Source: Candidatus Latescibacterota bacterium (lineage in GTDB: Bacteria > Latescibacterota > UBA2968 > GCA-2709665). From it: DNA of 63,443 bases. The notes beneath the pieces were generated by a model, which was not told where the DNA came from, ran no database searches, and worked only from the letters and a program-made list of their open reading frames with translations. Shown here in pieces: positions 11,616 to 21,824 of this stretch (its first letter is position 1; each line of letters starts with the position of its first letter). A program made the position numbers and the translations under genes. The stretch lies in assembly GCA_963662665.2 (NCBI GenBank), contig CAXXJS010000023.1:1-63443 (forward strand), read 5' to 3'.

Positions 11616-12851
11616 ATGTCCTGCAGAGTCATTTTGCTGTTGTTGGCCGTTCTTGGCGTGAACGGTTGCGCCGTTCCACGGCAGGTTGCGCAACCTCCGG
11701 CTCGCGAATCCAAACCATCGATAATTCCCGACGAACAGTTACGTGCGGTTTTGCGGGATAGACTGAATAAGGCCGGCGGCGAGGCAATCACGGCGTCCGA
11801 CCTGGCAAGATTGACGCGCGTTACTGCACAACAAGAAGGTATTATTCATCTATCCGGGCTCGAGCATGCAAAGAACCTGGTATCGCTGAATCTTGACGGC
11901 AATGACATCACCGACCTTTCTCCCCTTGCGAGGCTGGCAAACCTGGAAAGGCTGCGCCTTGAAGGCAACCGCATCAGCGACATTACGCCTCTCACCGGGC
12001 TGAAGAACCTCGAAAGGCTGTATCTTGCAAACAACGGCATCAGCGACGTCTCGCCGCTGGCCGGACTGACCGATCTGATCAGGCTGCGACTTGAAGCCAA
12101 TGGCATCAGCGAGGTACAGCCGCTGTCGGGATTGACCAATCTGAATGAACTGGATCTCGACAACAACGGCGTCACCGATCTGACGCCCCTGTCGGGACTG
12201 ACCAACCTGACCGGGCTGCGCCTTGAAGGCAACGGAATCAGTAACTTGAAGCCTTTGTCCGGGCTGAAAAAGCTGAAGGAACTGGACCTCGACAGCAACG
12301 GCATCAGTGACACCGCGCCGTTGTCCGGACTGGCCAACCTGACGGGGCTCCGTCTCGACAGCAACGGCATCAGTGACCTGAAGTCTCTTTCGGTGCTGAA
12401 GAACCTGAAGGAACTGGACCTTGATAGAAACGGTATCAGCGACCTGTCGCCCTTGTCAGGCTTGACCGGTCTGAGGCGTCTCTACGTCGAGAGGAACGGA
12501 ATAAGCGATATAGCGCCCCTGGCCGGGTTGAAACACCTGAATAGGCTGCATCTTGGTCACAACGGAATTATCGATCTGTCGCCGCTCTCCGGTTTGACCG
12601 GTCTCGAGCATCTTCACGTCGACAATAACGCCATCAGCGATGTCCGGCCGTTGGTTGGACTGGTAAACCTGAAAACCCTGGACCTCGGACAAAACCGTGT
12701 AGCGGACCTGTCGCACGTCGACGGGCTCGGCAACCTGACCAGACTGATTGTTCGCGGGAATCCCCTGTCAATGGAGTCTATACAGACGCACATTGTCGAA
12801 TTCCGCAGGAAGGGCGTGAGGGTGTCGTGGGAGAACCCGCGGGCGGAGTGA
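11616..12851 (+). CDS. Internalin-like leucine-rich-repeat lipoprotein
   Basis: GAGG RBS; lipobox-like VNGC; IPDEQLRAVLRD internalin cap; tandem 22-aa LRRs; GNPLS C-cap. Confidence 0.9.
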   Translation: MSCRVILLLLAVLGVNGCAVPRQVAQPPARESKPSIIPDEQLRAVLRDRLNKAGGEAITASDLARLTRVTAQQEGIIHLSGLEHAKNLVSLNLDGNDITDLSPLARLANLERLRLEGNRISDITPLTGLKNLERLYLANNGISDVSPLAGLTDLIRLRLEANGISEVQPLSGLTNLNELDLDNNGVTDLTPLSGLTNLTGLRLEGNGISNLKPLSGLKKLKELDLDSNGISDTAPLSGLANLTGLRLDSNGISDLKSLSVLKNLKELDLDRNGISDLSPLSGLTGLRRLYVERNGISDIAPLAGLKHLNRLHLGHNGIIDLSPLSGLTGLEHLHVDNNAISDVRPLVGLVNLKTLDLGQNRVADLSHVDGLGNLTRLIVRGNPLSMESIQTHIVEFRRKGVRVSWENPRAE

Positions 12852-13036
12852 TTGGGAGAACGAGGCCGGGTCATTTATCGTGACTGGATCTCGGGCGACG
12901 CCAAGACGACTTACGAGTCTGGCTGCGCCCAATCTAAGGACCTTCGCGGTTTTGACCGGTGACGTGACGAACGGCTCAAACCCGCGTTGTGCCAGAGCAT
13001 CGACTTATTCTCGAATATGGTACTTCAATAAAGAAA

Positions 13037-14746
13037 GTGGACAGTTTGTCGAATCCAATTCCAAAAATTCTGATTGTAGAAGAAGACGAGCCCCTGGCCG
13101 CGGATTTGGAGGAATGCGTGAAAGAATTGGGGTACACTGTATCTGCAGTGGTTTCAGACGGTCACGCGGCCGGCGAAGTCGCCGGAAACGCGCGACCGGA
13201 CCTCGCCCTCGTCGACCTCAGCCTCAAAGGAGACCTGGACGGTCCGAGAGTCGGGGGCCAATTGTGCCGCAGGTTCGACGTTCCCGTCGTGTACCTGATC
13301 GACAACACACGAGGTGAACTGTTTGAACGGGCGCGAGCAACGAATCCGTACGGATACGTGCTGAAGCCGTTCGATACGCGCCAACTCTACGTGAACCTCC
13401 AGGTCGCCGTTTCCACGCACCAACGGGAACGCGAGCACAGAAAAGCACTGATCGAGTTGGAACGAACCATTGGCGAATCCACGTACCGCAAGGAACTCAT
13501 GGACACCGTATTCGACAGCATGAGTGAGGGCGTGGTCGCCGTGGATGATTCCGCGGATAAGTTCCTATATGTCAATCCCGGCGCGCGACAGATCCTGGGA
13601 ATGGATATGACTGACGACCCTCCCTACAGGTGGGCCGAGAAATGTGGCGCCTACTATCCCGACATGGAAACACCCATGAAGGCAGCCGATTTACCACTCA
13701 TGCGAGCCATACGCTGCGGCGAATCCACGGATGAGGAAGACGTCTACATACGGAACACGAAAAAGCCGGATGGTGTCTACATCCGGATGAGCGGACGGCC
13801 CCTTCTCGACAACACGAGTGAAATCAGGGGTGGCGTGATTATCTTTCGCGACGTTACCGAGCGGGTACTCGCCGACGAGGCACTAGCGCGGGCATTCGAC
13901 CAGGGGAGGCTGGAGATGGTGGATACCATTCTCCACAACATTGGCAATGCCATGAACAGTGTCACCATTGGAATCGAAACTGTGCGGAGGAATCTTGAGA
14001 ATGACCGTGCCGGAAGCCGTCTCTTCGCGCTCGCCCGTGCGATTGACGCTCACCGGAACGATTGGGTCGCCTACATCGCTGACGATCCGCAGGGTCGGAA
14101 GGTGATGCCGTTCGTTATAAAACTCGCGGAAGACTTTGGCCGTCGGAACGACGAACTGATGAAAACGGTCGGTCGCGTCAGGGATCGCGCGAATCGTATC
14201 GCCGATATTATCCGCACCCAAAAGGCCCTCGACGGTTCTGACATGGATCGAAAGGATATTGACCTCTTCGATGCACTCTCGGGTGCTTTCAGGGTGTTGA
14301 GAGATTCCCTCAATAAACGAGGCATCCATACCGAAGTCGACTGCGGGAACGCGCCTCAGGAGATCCGCATCCGTGAAAGCCAGTTTCACCAGATGCTGGT
14401 AAACCTGGTAAAGAATTCGATCGAAGCCATCGATGAACATGCCGTTTTGTTCGGACTCCAGGAAAAACCTCGCATCCGGATCAGCGCCTGCGCAATGAAA
14501 GGCTTTCTTTTCCTTGAGATAATAGACAACGGCATCGGTATCCAGAACAAAGACACCCGCGCGCTGTTTACCCCGGGTTATACCACAAAAAAATCGGGGA
14601 GCGGGCTCGGCCTCCATTCGTCTGCCAACTTCGTCATTGCTTCAGGTGGACGAATCGAACCGTTAAGCGAAGGCAAGGGCAATGGAACAACCATGCGCGT
14701 CATGCTGCCGCTCTCGGCGGTGGCACCGCACGTGGCTGCTGGATAG
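13037..14746 (+). CDS. Hybrid histidine kinase (REC-PAS-HisKA-HATPase); start uncertain (GTG 13037 or TTG 13046)
   Basis: ILIVEEDE/LVDLSL/KPF receiver; PAS; ILHNIGN H-box; NLVKNS, DNGIG, GSGLGL. Confidence 0.9.
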   Translation: MDSLSNPIPKILIVEEDEPLAADLEECVKELGYTVSAVVSDGHAAGEVAGNARPDLALVDLSLKGDLDGPRVGGQLCRRFDVPVVYLIDNTRGELFERARATNPYGYVLKPFDTRQLYVNLQVAVSTHQREREHRKALIELERTIGESTYRKELMDTVFDSMSEGVVAVDDSADKFLYVNPGARQILGMDMTDDPPYRWAEKCGAYYPDMETPMKAADLPLMRAIRCGESTDEEDVYIRNTKKPDGVYIRMSGRPLLDNTSEIRGGVIIFRDVTERVLADEALARAFDQGRLEMVDTILHNIGNAMNSVTIGIETVRRNLENDRAGSRLFALARAIDAHRNDWVAYIADDPQGRKVMPFVIKLAEDFGRRNDELMKTVGRVRDRANRIADIIRTQKALDGSDMDRKDIDLFDALSGAFRVLRDSLNKRGIHTEVDCGNAPQEIRIRESQFHQMLVNLVKNSIEAIDEHAVLFGLQEKPRIRISACAMKGFLFLEIIDNGIGIQNKDTRALFTPGYTTKKSGSGLGLHSSANFVIASGGRIEPLSEGKGNGTTMRVMLPLSAVAPHVAAG

Positions 14747-15049
14747 CACCGGCCGCACCGGGCACTGTGCAACGTTGGTTCGCAATCAGATTTCGAGAGG
14801 GGAACCTCAGTCGTGGCGATGCAAATTGCGACTTTGGTTGCAATACGCTACTTCCGGTGAGTATTTCCCGATTAAAAATCTCATAAGCCATTATTAATCA
14901 GATTTTTATGTCCTATATAACATCGTTGACACACCGCCGTCGCGACGACCCCCGGAGACGCATTATACAACATCCGAAAGATTGGTCGTGAGTCGACTGT
15001 GTATTTTAACTCCATAAATCTCATTAAGTTAGTAGTTTCTACCAATAGT

Positions 15050-15065
15050 TGGCACGGATTGTGCA
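15050..15065 (+). promoter_or_regulatory. Sigma54 (-24/-12) promoter
   Basis: TGGCACGGATTGTGCA with exact GG-N10-GC spacing, preceded by an AT-rich tract. Confidence 0.75.
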
Positions 15066-15146
15066 ATAAACAATTAACCGCGAAGGGCAGGATGAGTCAT
15101 GCGTGTACCGTTTTCAGGTAACTTGCCAACCGGCAGGAGACGAAGC

Positions 15147-17042
15147 TTGTCGATGGAACCTTACAATCACGGAAATAACCGCGTTCTTATCGTCGATGAT
15201 CAGCCCGAGATCCACGACGACTTCGTGGAAATGCTCTGTACAAATAACGTGATGCCGGCGGCCGACGACCTGGCGGCTGCGTTCGTGAGGGAGCAGGAAG
15301 GCAGTTATCTCCCGGAGTTCGAGCTGCTGCACGCGAGCAACGGGCAGGAAGCGTATGACATCATCCGGGAGGGAAGGGAATCGAATAAGCCTGTTGCCGT
15401 GGCGTACATTGACATCAGAATGCCACCGGGTATCGACGGGATCGAGACTGTGCGACGCGTGAGGGAAATCGATCGCGACATCGAAATCGTCATTATGACA
15501 GCGTACACCGATATGTCATTGCCGGAAATCGTCTATGAAATGGATTTGCTTTACAAGCTGCTGTATATAAGAAAGCCTTTTACCCACGAGGAAATACAGC
15601 AAATTACACTGTCGCTGGTCGGAAAGTGGAACGTCGAACACGAGCTGGAGGAACAACGGCGACGACTTGCCGTAAGCCATGGAAGACTGGAAGCAGTACT
15701 GAATGCCACGGGCGACGCCATCGCAATGCACGATGCCGCCGGACGACTGGTTTTCGCCAACGAGATGTTCGAGAAACTGATGGGCCTGCAGGGAGTCGAC
15801 ATCACGGGCATTCGGCAGAGCGATCTCGCGGCACGGTTCAAAAAGCGGTTCCGGAAACCCGACCTTGGCCACATTGAGAACAGGTTTTCGGTCGACGACG
15901 GCGACCTGGTGGAAACGACCGGCGCCGGCGGGCTGCCGGAGCAACGTCTGTTCTACCGCTCGACTGCAAGGGTGAATGACGAACGGGGACACGAAATCGG
16001 CAACCTCGTCTCATATCGGGATGTGTCGCGGGAGATTGATGCCGCGCAAATGAAGGCCGAGGTGCTGCGCCTTCGCACCGAATTGGAAACGACTTATTCC
16101 TTTGCCGGAATGGTCGGCACGAGCAGAGGAATACAACGAGTATATGCGCTCATGAAACAAGCCGCTGAAAGCGACATTACCGTATTGATCCGGGGCGAAA
16201 GCGGCACCGGCAAAGAACTGGTGGCCAGGTCGTTCCACTTCAACAGTTCGCGAAAAAAGGGGCCGTTCGTGGCACTGGATTGCGCCACCATACCCGAAAC
16301 GCTTATGGAGAGCGAATTATTCGGACACGAAAGAGGAACTTTCACAGGCGCGACCACACGGAGAATCGGGGCCTTCGAACGCGCGGACGGGGGCACGATT
16401 CTTATCGACGAAATCGGCGACTTGCCGTATGCCCTTCAAGGCAAGTTATTGCGCGTTCTACAGGAACGGGAAGTCCAGCGGATCGGCGGAACAGCTCCCA
16501 TATCCGTCGACATCCGTGTGATTGCGGCAACCAATAAAGACCTGGAACGCGCGGTAAAGGCAGGCGAGTTCCGGCAGGATCTGTTTTATCGCGTTGCGGC
16601 CTTTCCCATTATGATTCCGCCGCTCAGAGATCGCCGTGAGGATATCCCCGTCCTTGCCGAATACTTCCTCGAGAAATACACAAAGCGCCTCAACAAACCC
16701 ATCGAAGGTATTTCCGGCGCCGCTATGCGCTTGTTGCTACAGTTCGACTGGCCGGGAAACGTGCGCGAACTTGAAAACGCCATCGAACGCGCCGCGCTGT
16801 TGGAGGCGTCATCGGTGATTCAGGCGGGCAATCTTCCGCCACAGCTGTCTCCGGCCATCGCATCCGGACACGACCGCGCCCTGGCGAAGGCGGTTATGCC
16901 GCTGGCCGAAGTCGAACGACAGGCCTTGCTTCTGGCGCTGGAAGCCGAGGGAGACAACATTACCCGGGCCGCACGCGCCCTGGGCATCCACCGGGCGACC
17001 TTGCACCGCAAACTGAAGAAATACAATCTTGGCGGGGACTGA
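15147..17042 (+). CDS. Sigma54-dependent response regulator (REC-PAS-AAA+-Fis HTH); start uncertain (TTG 15147 or ATG 15153; ORF open from 15099)
   Basis: GESGTGKE Walker A; ESELFGHERGTFTGA; WPGNVRELEN; AARALGIHRATLHRKL; AGGAGA RBS. Confidence 0.93.
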   Translation: MSMEPYNHGNNRVLIVDDQPEIHDDFVEMLCTNNVMPAADDLAAAFVREQEGSYLPEFELLHASNGQEAYDIIREGRESNKPVAVAYIDIRMPPGIDGIETVRRVREIDRDIEIVIMTAYTDMSLPEIVYEMDLLYKLLYIRKPFTHEEIQQITLSLVGKWNVEHELEEQRRRLAVSHGRLEAVLNATGDAIAMHDAAGRLVFANEMFEKLMGLQGVDITGIRQSDLAARFKKRFRKPDLGHIENRFSVDDGDLVETTGAGGLPEQRLFYRSTARVNDERGHEIGNLVSYRDVSREIDAAQMKAEVLRLRTELETTYSFAGMVGTSRGIQRVYALMKQAAESDITVLIRGESGTGKELVARSFHFNSSRKKGPFVALDCATIPETLMESELFGHERGTFTGATTRRIGAFERADGGTILIDEIGDLPYALQGKLLRVLQEREVQRIGGTAPISVDIRVIAATNKDLERAVKAGEFRQDLFYRVAAFPIMIPPLRDRREDIPVLAEYFLEKYTKRLNKPIEGISGAAMRLLLQFDWPGNVRELENAIERAALLEASSVIQAGNLPPQLSPAIASGHDRALAKAVMPLAEVERQALLLALEAEGDNITRAARALGIHRATLHRKLKKYNLGGD

Positions 17043-17250
17043 ACCCCACACGGCATCCGGGCTGGGAGGCCTCCTCACGATGCATCGTTGGCATCTTCTT
17101 GCCTTCGACATATACCAGGGCTCTCTCCCCTCTCAGCCCGGAATTCAGCGCATCTTACCCTCCCCCGTTTCTGATATCCTGCTTTTCCCTGGAGCGGCCT
17201 CGTCAACCGGCCCACGGTACGGAGTCGCTTTTATTGCTTTCCTTAAGACC

Positions 17251-17285
17251 GCGAGGGAGTGTCGCAGATTGCAACACTCCCTCGC
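17251..17285. terminator. Hairpin between convergent genes (possible bidirectional terminator)
   Basis: GCGAGGGAGTGT-CGCAGATTGCA-ACACTCCCTCGC. Confidence 0.5.
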
Positions 17286-17305
17286 CAATTATCTTTGTGT
17301 TGATC

Positions 17306-18043
17306 CTACGCCTTGCTCGCAACGAAGAACATCCTGCCGGTTTCCTGCGCGCCCTCCAGGATCTGGTCCTCTTCGTCAAACGTACGAATCTCTTCGAATC
17401 CAGCGTTCCGAAGCCGCTCGGCGATGTCCCGGTCGGAATACCATCGCTGCAGGAGAGAGACGCCTGTCCGCTTCCAGCCGGTCCCTTCCTTCTCGAACAC
17501 CGTCAGGTCCATCCTTCCGATCCTCTTCTCTTCATCCCTCGACGATCGCGCCACGCATACGTGATCATCCTCAACAATGCCGAAACTGCCGCGCCATCGC
17601 GAAATGTAGCCCGCTTCCATGTTGAGATCAAACTCGAAATGGCCGCCGTCTTCAAGGACGCGATGGACGTTTCGAAACACCCGCTCCAGGTCGTCCAGGC
17701 TTAACACGTGGTTGAGGCTGTCGTAGGTCGAAAACACCGCCGAAAATTGGCGATCCAGGGAAAGCTCCCGTACGTCCTGTACGAGAAATTCCACGTCCGG
17801 CGCGTTTCTCCGCGCAATCTCGATCATCCCCCCGGACCCATCCACACCAGTGACGGCATATCCCTTATCGGACAACACGGCCGCAAGCTGCCCCGTACCG
17901 CAACAGAGATCCAGAACGGCGCTGCCGGTCGGCAGGTCACGCAGCACGAGACGATCCAGAACCGGATAAATCCGGTCTGCAAAATAACCCCAATGCCTGT
18001 TGTAGACGCCGGCAATGGGGTCATAGGCGTCGAAGCGATTCAT
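17306..18043 (-). CDS. Class I SAM-dependent methyltransferase
   Basis: VLDLCCGTG, GVDGSGGM, DSLNH. Confidence 0.92.
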   Translation of the reverse strand: MNRFDAYDPIAGVYNRHWGYFADRIYPVLDRLVLRDLPTGSAVLDLCCGTGQLAAVLSDKGYAVTGVDGSGGMIEIARRNAPDVEFLVQDVRELSLDRQFSAVFSTYDSLNHVLSLDDLERVFRNVHRVLEDGGHFEFDLNMEAGYISRWRGSFGIVEDDHVCVARSSRDEEKRIGRMDLTVFEKEGTGWKRTGVSLLQRWYSDRDIAERLRNAGFEEIRTFDEEDQILEGAQETGRMFFVASKA

Positions 18044-18167
18044 AGGGGGTTTTCCTTCCGTCGAGGCAGGTTATGCCTATATGAAGACCGCAGGAGAAAC
18101 GCCGAATCGTTCGGACAGCGCGCGAAATTGCCGAACGTTCATCACTCGGCCACGCTGGACAGGCGTT

Positions 18168-18359
18168 TCACGCTTCAATCGGAGTCAGCCAAGATACCCG
18201 GGCCACCTGTGACGCGCGCTCCAAATCACCACTTTCCAGACCCTCGCAAACACCATCCAGCTTGTCGGCGTTCCTCACTGAAAGGTAGGGCGGCCATCCC
18301 GCGTCGCCATCGATCAACCCCACCTCGACCTCGGCAGCATATTCTCCGACGTGGACCAT
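18168..18359 (-). CDS. Conserved small hypothetical protein often found in TA-like pairs; 5' end possibly degraded
   Basis: GEYAAEVEVGLID...GWPPYLS...KLD...GDL..AS..ARV..LTP pattern recognised from memory. Confidence 0.55.
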   Translation of the reverse strand: MVHVGEYAAEVEVGLIDGDAGWPPYLSVRNADKLDGVCEGLESGDLERASQVARVSWLTPIEA

Positions 18360-18452
18360 TTTTTCAGGTTGTCATAACCGTCACGATCTCACTGTAGAAA
18401 AGCGATTTTCTAGCGGAGCATGTAGGACATGCTACGACCTCAATACAAAGGT

Positions 18453-18626
18453 CTAGCTCGAACCCGCATTTCGCACCGTTCCTTTTCGCTTATGTACTGC
18501 CAGGCCTGATTTTTCTGCAATATACTCGATCTGCTGTTGAGCAGTCATTCCCTTCATTTCTTCGCTCATTCTGTCGCGGATGCGTCGCATGAGTTGAACG
18601 GCGCCAAGTTTCTGTTTCGCCTTCAT
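18453..18626 (-). CDS. Putative antitoxin partner of a PIN-domain toxin
   Basis: GGAGG RBS; MKAKQKLGAVQLMRRIRDRMSEE; overlaps the PIN fragment. Confidence 0.65.
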   Translation of the reverse strand: MKAKQKLGAVQLMRRIRDRMSEEMKGMTAQQQIEYIAEKSGLAVHKRKGTVRNAGSS

Positions 18627-18771
18627 AGTACACCTCCCGTGGAGAGCGTATTTCAAGGGGGGGATAACCCCGCTCCAAATTTACCGAGTTGAAGCCGAGA
18701 ATACGACTCCACTTGACAATATGCGCAAAATTCCAACTCACCAGAATATCCACACGTTGAACCGTCGCGAT
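18610..18771 (-). pseudogene. C-terminal fragment of a PIN-domain (VapC-like) toxin; ends approximate
   Basis: IATVQRVDILVSWNFAHIV...EIRSPREV; N-terminal half missing. Confidence 0.75.
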
Positions 18772-18799
18772 CCGGGATGGACACGAGACCGATCCTTAA

Positions 18800-18959
18800 C
18801 AGTCCGTTGATAAAGTCGCTCTGCAGGCGAGGCCGAGTGATTGTGGCCGTAGACAAGGCGCGCGACCGCGTCGAATCGGGGGATTCGAGGAGGGAGCGCA
18901 ACGCAGTATTTCGGCCACAAGGACCGGAAGCAGCCCGGATGGACTTTTTCAACGGGCTG
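18800..18959. mobile_element. MITE family B (160 bp) with TTAA target-site duplication
   Basis: TTAA|CAGTCCGTTGATAAAGTC ... GACTTTTTCAACGGGCTG|TTAA (16/18 TIR). Confidence 0.8.
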
Positions 18960-19505
18960 TTAATATGGACATGCATCCAATCCTGTCATTTCGACTGCCG
19001 TGAGCGTGTTCCCTGCCGCCTTCGGGCAATCCGCATCTCCATCGGACTCATCCGGTACCGCCGATTCCGGATATTCTCAAGGAAGGGGGTTGCCTTATCT
19101 TCCCGGAACCACGTCTTGAAGGCTTTTGAGATCCGTTACCGCAGCGCCCAGGAACTCAGGCGTCCTGGGGTGCAGGAGGCGGCCGCAGTCCCAGAAAAAC
19201 CTTACCCCGCGGATGTTCTTTACAATTGCAAGCAGCTTTTCCTCTTCGGCCGACAGGGGCGCGACCGGTTTTTCGATGGCGGCATGGTAGGAAAACCGAA
19301 ACACGTCAACATATCCGGGTTCATAGAAATCCGAGCCGGGCCTCGCCACGGTTTCGCCTTCCGCCTGCTCCAGGTCGTGGACCGCCGTTCCCCATCCGGC
19401 CGACTGGAAGTCGTGGACATTTGTGATTCGCAGGGCGCTGCCGTTCTCCACGAGCACGTTATGCAGTCCCGGTTCTCCCCACAGGAGGACGTTACCGCCG
19501 CCTAT

Positions 19506-21137
19506 GAGTCTGCGCCGCAGGAAAATTCATTTCAATGGACATGTAGTTGTAGGTATAATGGGTCGTGTAGTTGGTATATGTCAAGGGTATCGTTGTGTGT
19601 TATGTCAGGGGAGGGAGCGATCCATGCCGACAACGTTTCGACCGTATCACCCGGACCAGATATTGCTGTTGGCGCCGGATCTTCGGGAGTGGGTGCCTGA
19701 AGGTCATCTGTCGCACCAGGTGAGCGATCTGGTGGATTCCCTGGATCTGGGGTCGTTCTACGCGCCCTATGAAGGCGATGGTCGTCGCAATGCGCCATAT
19801 GATCCATCGATGATGTTGAAGGTATTGATCTATGGGTACGCGACGGGAGTGTATTCGTCTCGAGCGATCGCTCGGAAGCTGGAGGAGGACGTGGCGTTTC
19901 GTATGTTGGCGGCGGGCAATTTCCCACAACACCGGACGATCTGCGAGTTTCGGCGTCGTCACCTGGAAGATTTCGGGCGTTTGTTCGTGGAGGTGGTTGG
20001 TGTGGCACGGGAGATGGGCCTGGTACGTTTCGGGACGTTATCTTTAGACGGCACGAAGGTACGAGCGAAGGCCAGCAAGCGCAAGGCCATGAGTTACGAG
20101 CGGATGTTGAAGGAACAGGCTCGTCTGGAGAAAGAGATCGGGGCGTTGCTTTCGGGTGCTGTGTCGATTGATGCCGAGGAGGATGCACGTTACGGCGTGG
20201 ATGTTCGTGGCGACGAGTTGCCGGTCGAGTTGCAGCGCAGGCAGGCTCGTCTGGCGGCGATCAGGGCGGCGAGGGAGCGTCTGGAAGCATCGCAACGAGC
20301 CGTCGACGATGCGCGCGGGCGCAAACCGGGTCAGAAGCGCAACCCGAAGGGCGGGCGGCCTTACAAAAGAGCCTATGGCGAGCCCGACCCGAAGGCTCAG
20401 AGCAACTTCACGGACCCCGAGTCTCGGATCATGAAGACGAGCGCGGAGGGGTTCCAGCAGTGCTACAACGCGCAGACGGTGGTGGACGCCGAGCGTCAGA
20501 TCATCGTGGCTGCACATCTGGGGTCACAGGCCACCGATCAGGGCTTTATGCTCCCCTTGCTGGATGGTGTGCAAGAGACATTCGGGGTCAAGCCGGACGC
20601 GGTTCTGGCGGATGCGGGCTACTGCAACGAGGAGGACCTGGCCACGCTTGAGGAGCGTGGCATTGATGGTTACGTGGCGCTGGGGCGGGAGGGCAAGGAA
20701 AAGGTGGACGTCGATTCGGAGACGCTTCCGGCGACCCATCGCATGGGCGAGAAGCTCACCAGCCCGGAAGGTCGGGGCCTGTATGCGAAGCGCAAGTGGC
20801 TCTCGGAGGCGCCCAACGGATGGATCAAGGAGGTATTGGGCTTCCGGCGCTTCAGCTTCCGGGGGCTGGAAAAGGTGCGTGCCGAGTGGGATCTGGTCTG
20901 CCTCGCGTTGAACGTCAAGCGGATGGCAGCGTTGTCGATGTGTTGAAGCATGTTTTCGGGTGTCCTGTCCTTATGGACTCGACATACGGGAAGCCACGAT
21001 CCCTGGAATCTCGCCCTCAACACGCCTGCCTGCAACGATCACCGTACCCAAAACTCATCATACCACTCCCAACATAACGACCAACCCGACTCACGGACAC
21101 ACCTCGCCCTTTGTAAAAACTCCTGCGGCGCAGACTC
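19506..21137 (+). mobile_element. IS1182-family insertion sequence (1632 bp), 4-bp TSD CTAT
   Basis: Perfect 17-bp TIRs GAGTCTGCGCCGCAGGA / TCCTGCGGCGCAGACTC; CTAT at 19502-19505 and 21138-21141. Confidence 0.95.
19624..20946 (+). CDS. IS1182-family DDE transposase
   Basis: YDPSMMLKVLIYGY, SSRAIARKLEED, LDGTK, TDPESRIM, YNAQ, ADAGY, GFRRFSFRG. Confidence 0.95.
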   Translation: MPTTFRPYHPDQILLLAPDLREWVPEGHLSHQVSDLVDSLDLGSFYAPYEGDGRRNAPYDPSMMLKVLIYGYATGVYSSRAIARKLEEDVAFRMLAAGNFPQHRTICEFRRRHLEDFGRLFVEVVGVAREMGLVRFGTLSLDGTKVRAKASKRKAMSYERMLKEQARLEKEIGALLSGAVSIDAEEDARYGVDVRGDELPVELQRRQARLAAIRAARERLEASQRAVDDARGRKPGQKRNPKGGRPYKRAYGEPDPKAQSNFTDPESRIMKTSAEGFQQCYNAQTVVDAERQIIVAAHLGSQATDQGFMLPLLDGVQETFGVKPDAVLADAGYCNEEDLATLEERGIDGYVALGREGKEKVDVDSETLPATHRMGEKLTSPEGRGLYAKRKWLSEAPNGWIKEVLGFRRFSFRGLEKVRAEWDLVCLALNVKRMAALSMC

Positions 21138-21824
21138 CTATCCTGACTTCTGGCGCCGGGTCCAGTGCGAACAGCAACCTGTCCCACAATTCAGGCAGCG
21201 TCGCCTCAATCGAGGATGCCAATGCCGCGTCGCCAAACAAGGCGTCCCTCAAAGTGGCTTCCCACGATGCCAGGTCTCTTGTATTCTCCAACCAAAGCGC
21301 TTCCGGACACTTCTGACTATGCACGCGCGCCAGGACCTCGCCAAGGAGGGCGACCAGCCGCAGTCGCCCCGCCCGCGACGCACCTTTGTAGTAACCGAGG
21401 CCCGACTCACCGGGCTCGACAGGAATCAGCAGGCATTCAAACGGAAGCGGTTCTCCGTCACCGTCGTACACAATGGACTCAGAAACAGGAACACCAGGAG
21501 CGGCTTGCAGTGCACGTGTGGCGATGAATTCGGTCTTCAGACTGAAGCCACGTGATTGCCGGAACTGAATCTTCAAGAATACGCGACCGGAGGAGCGGGT
21601 CCTCACGTCCAAAACCAGATTCGTGAAATTTCCATCAAGGCGCTGAACTGACCGGGACGTACTGAAGCCGTGTTTTTCGAGAAACGCGTCGATCCGCGTG
21701 CGGGACACATCGGGTTTATGGCGAAATAAAGCCCGGATATCTCTCATGCGCGCCAGTCCTGTTACCATTCCGTGCGGCCCCTGTAAGATCTCCCAGCCGA
21801 TTCAACCGCGGCGTTCCTTGCCAT

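Larger units (their letters stand above)
19095..21768 (-). pseudogene. APH/choline-kinase-family phosphotransferase interrupted by IS1182
   Basis: Removing the IS and one CTAT joins ...PEVRI to GGGNVLLWGEPGLHNVLVENG...HDFQSAGWG in frame, giving 345 aa. Confidence 0.88.

Noticed and set aside
7300-12780. 66-bp periodic repeats as a CRISPR or other non-coding array
   Set aside because: They are coding 22-aa LRR units with synonymous variation; no spacers or cas genes
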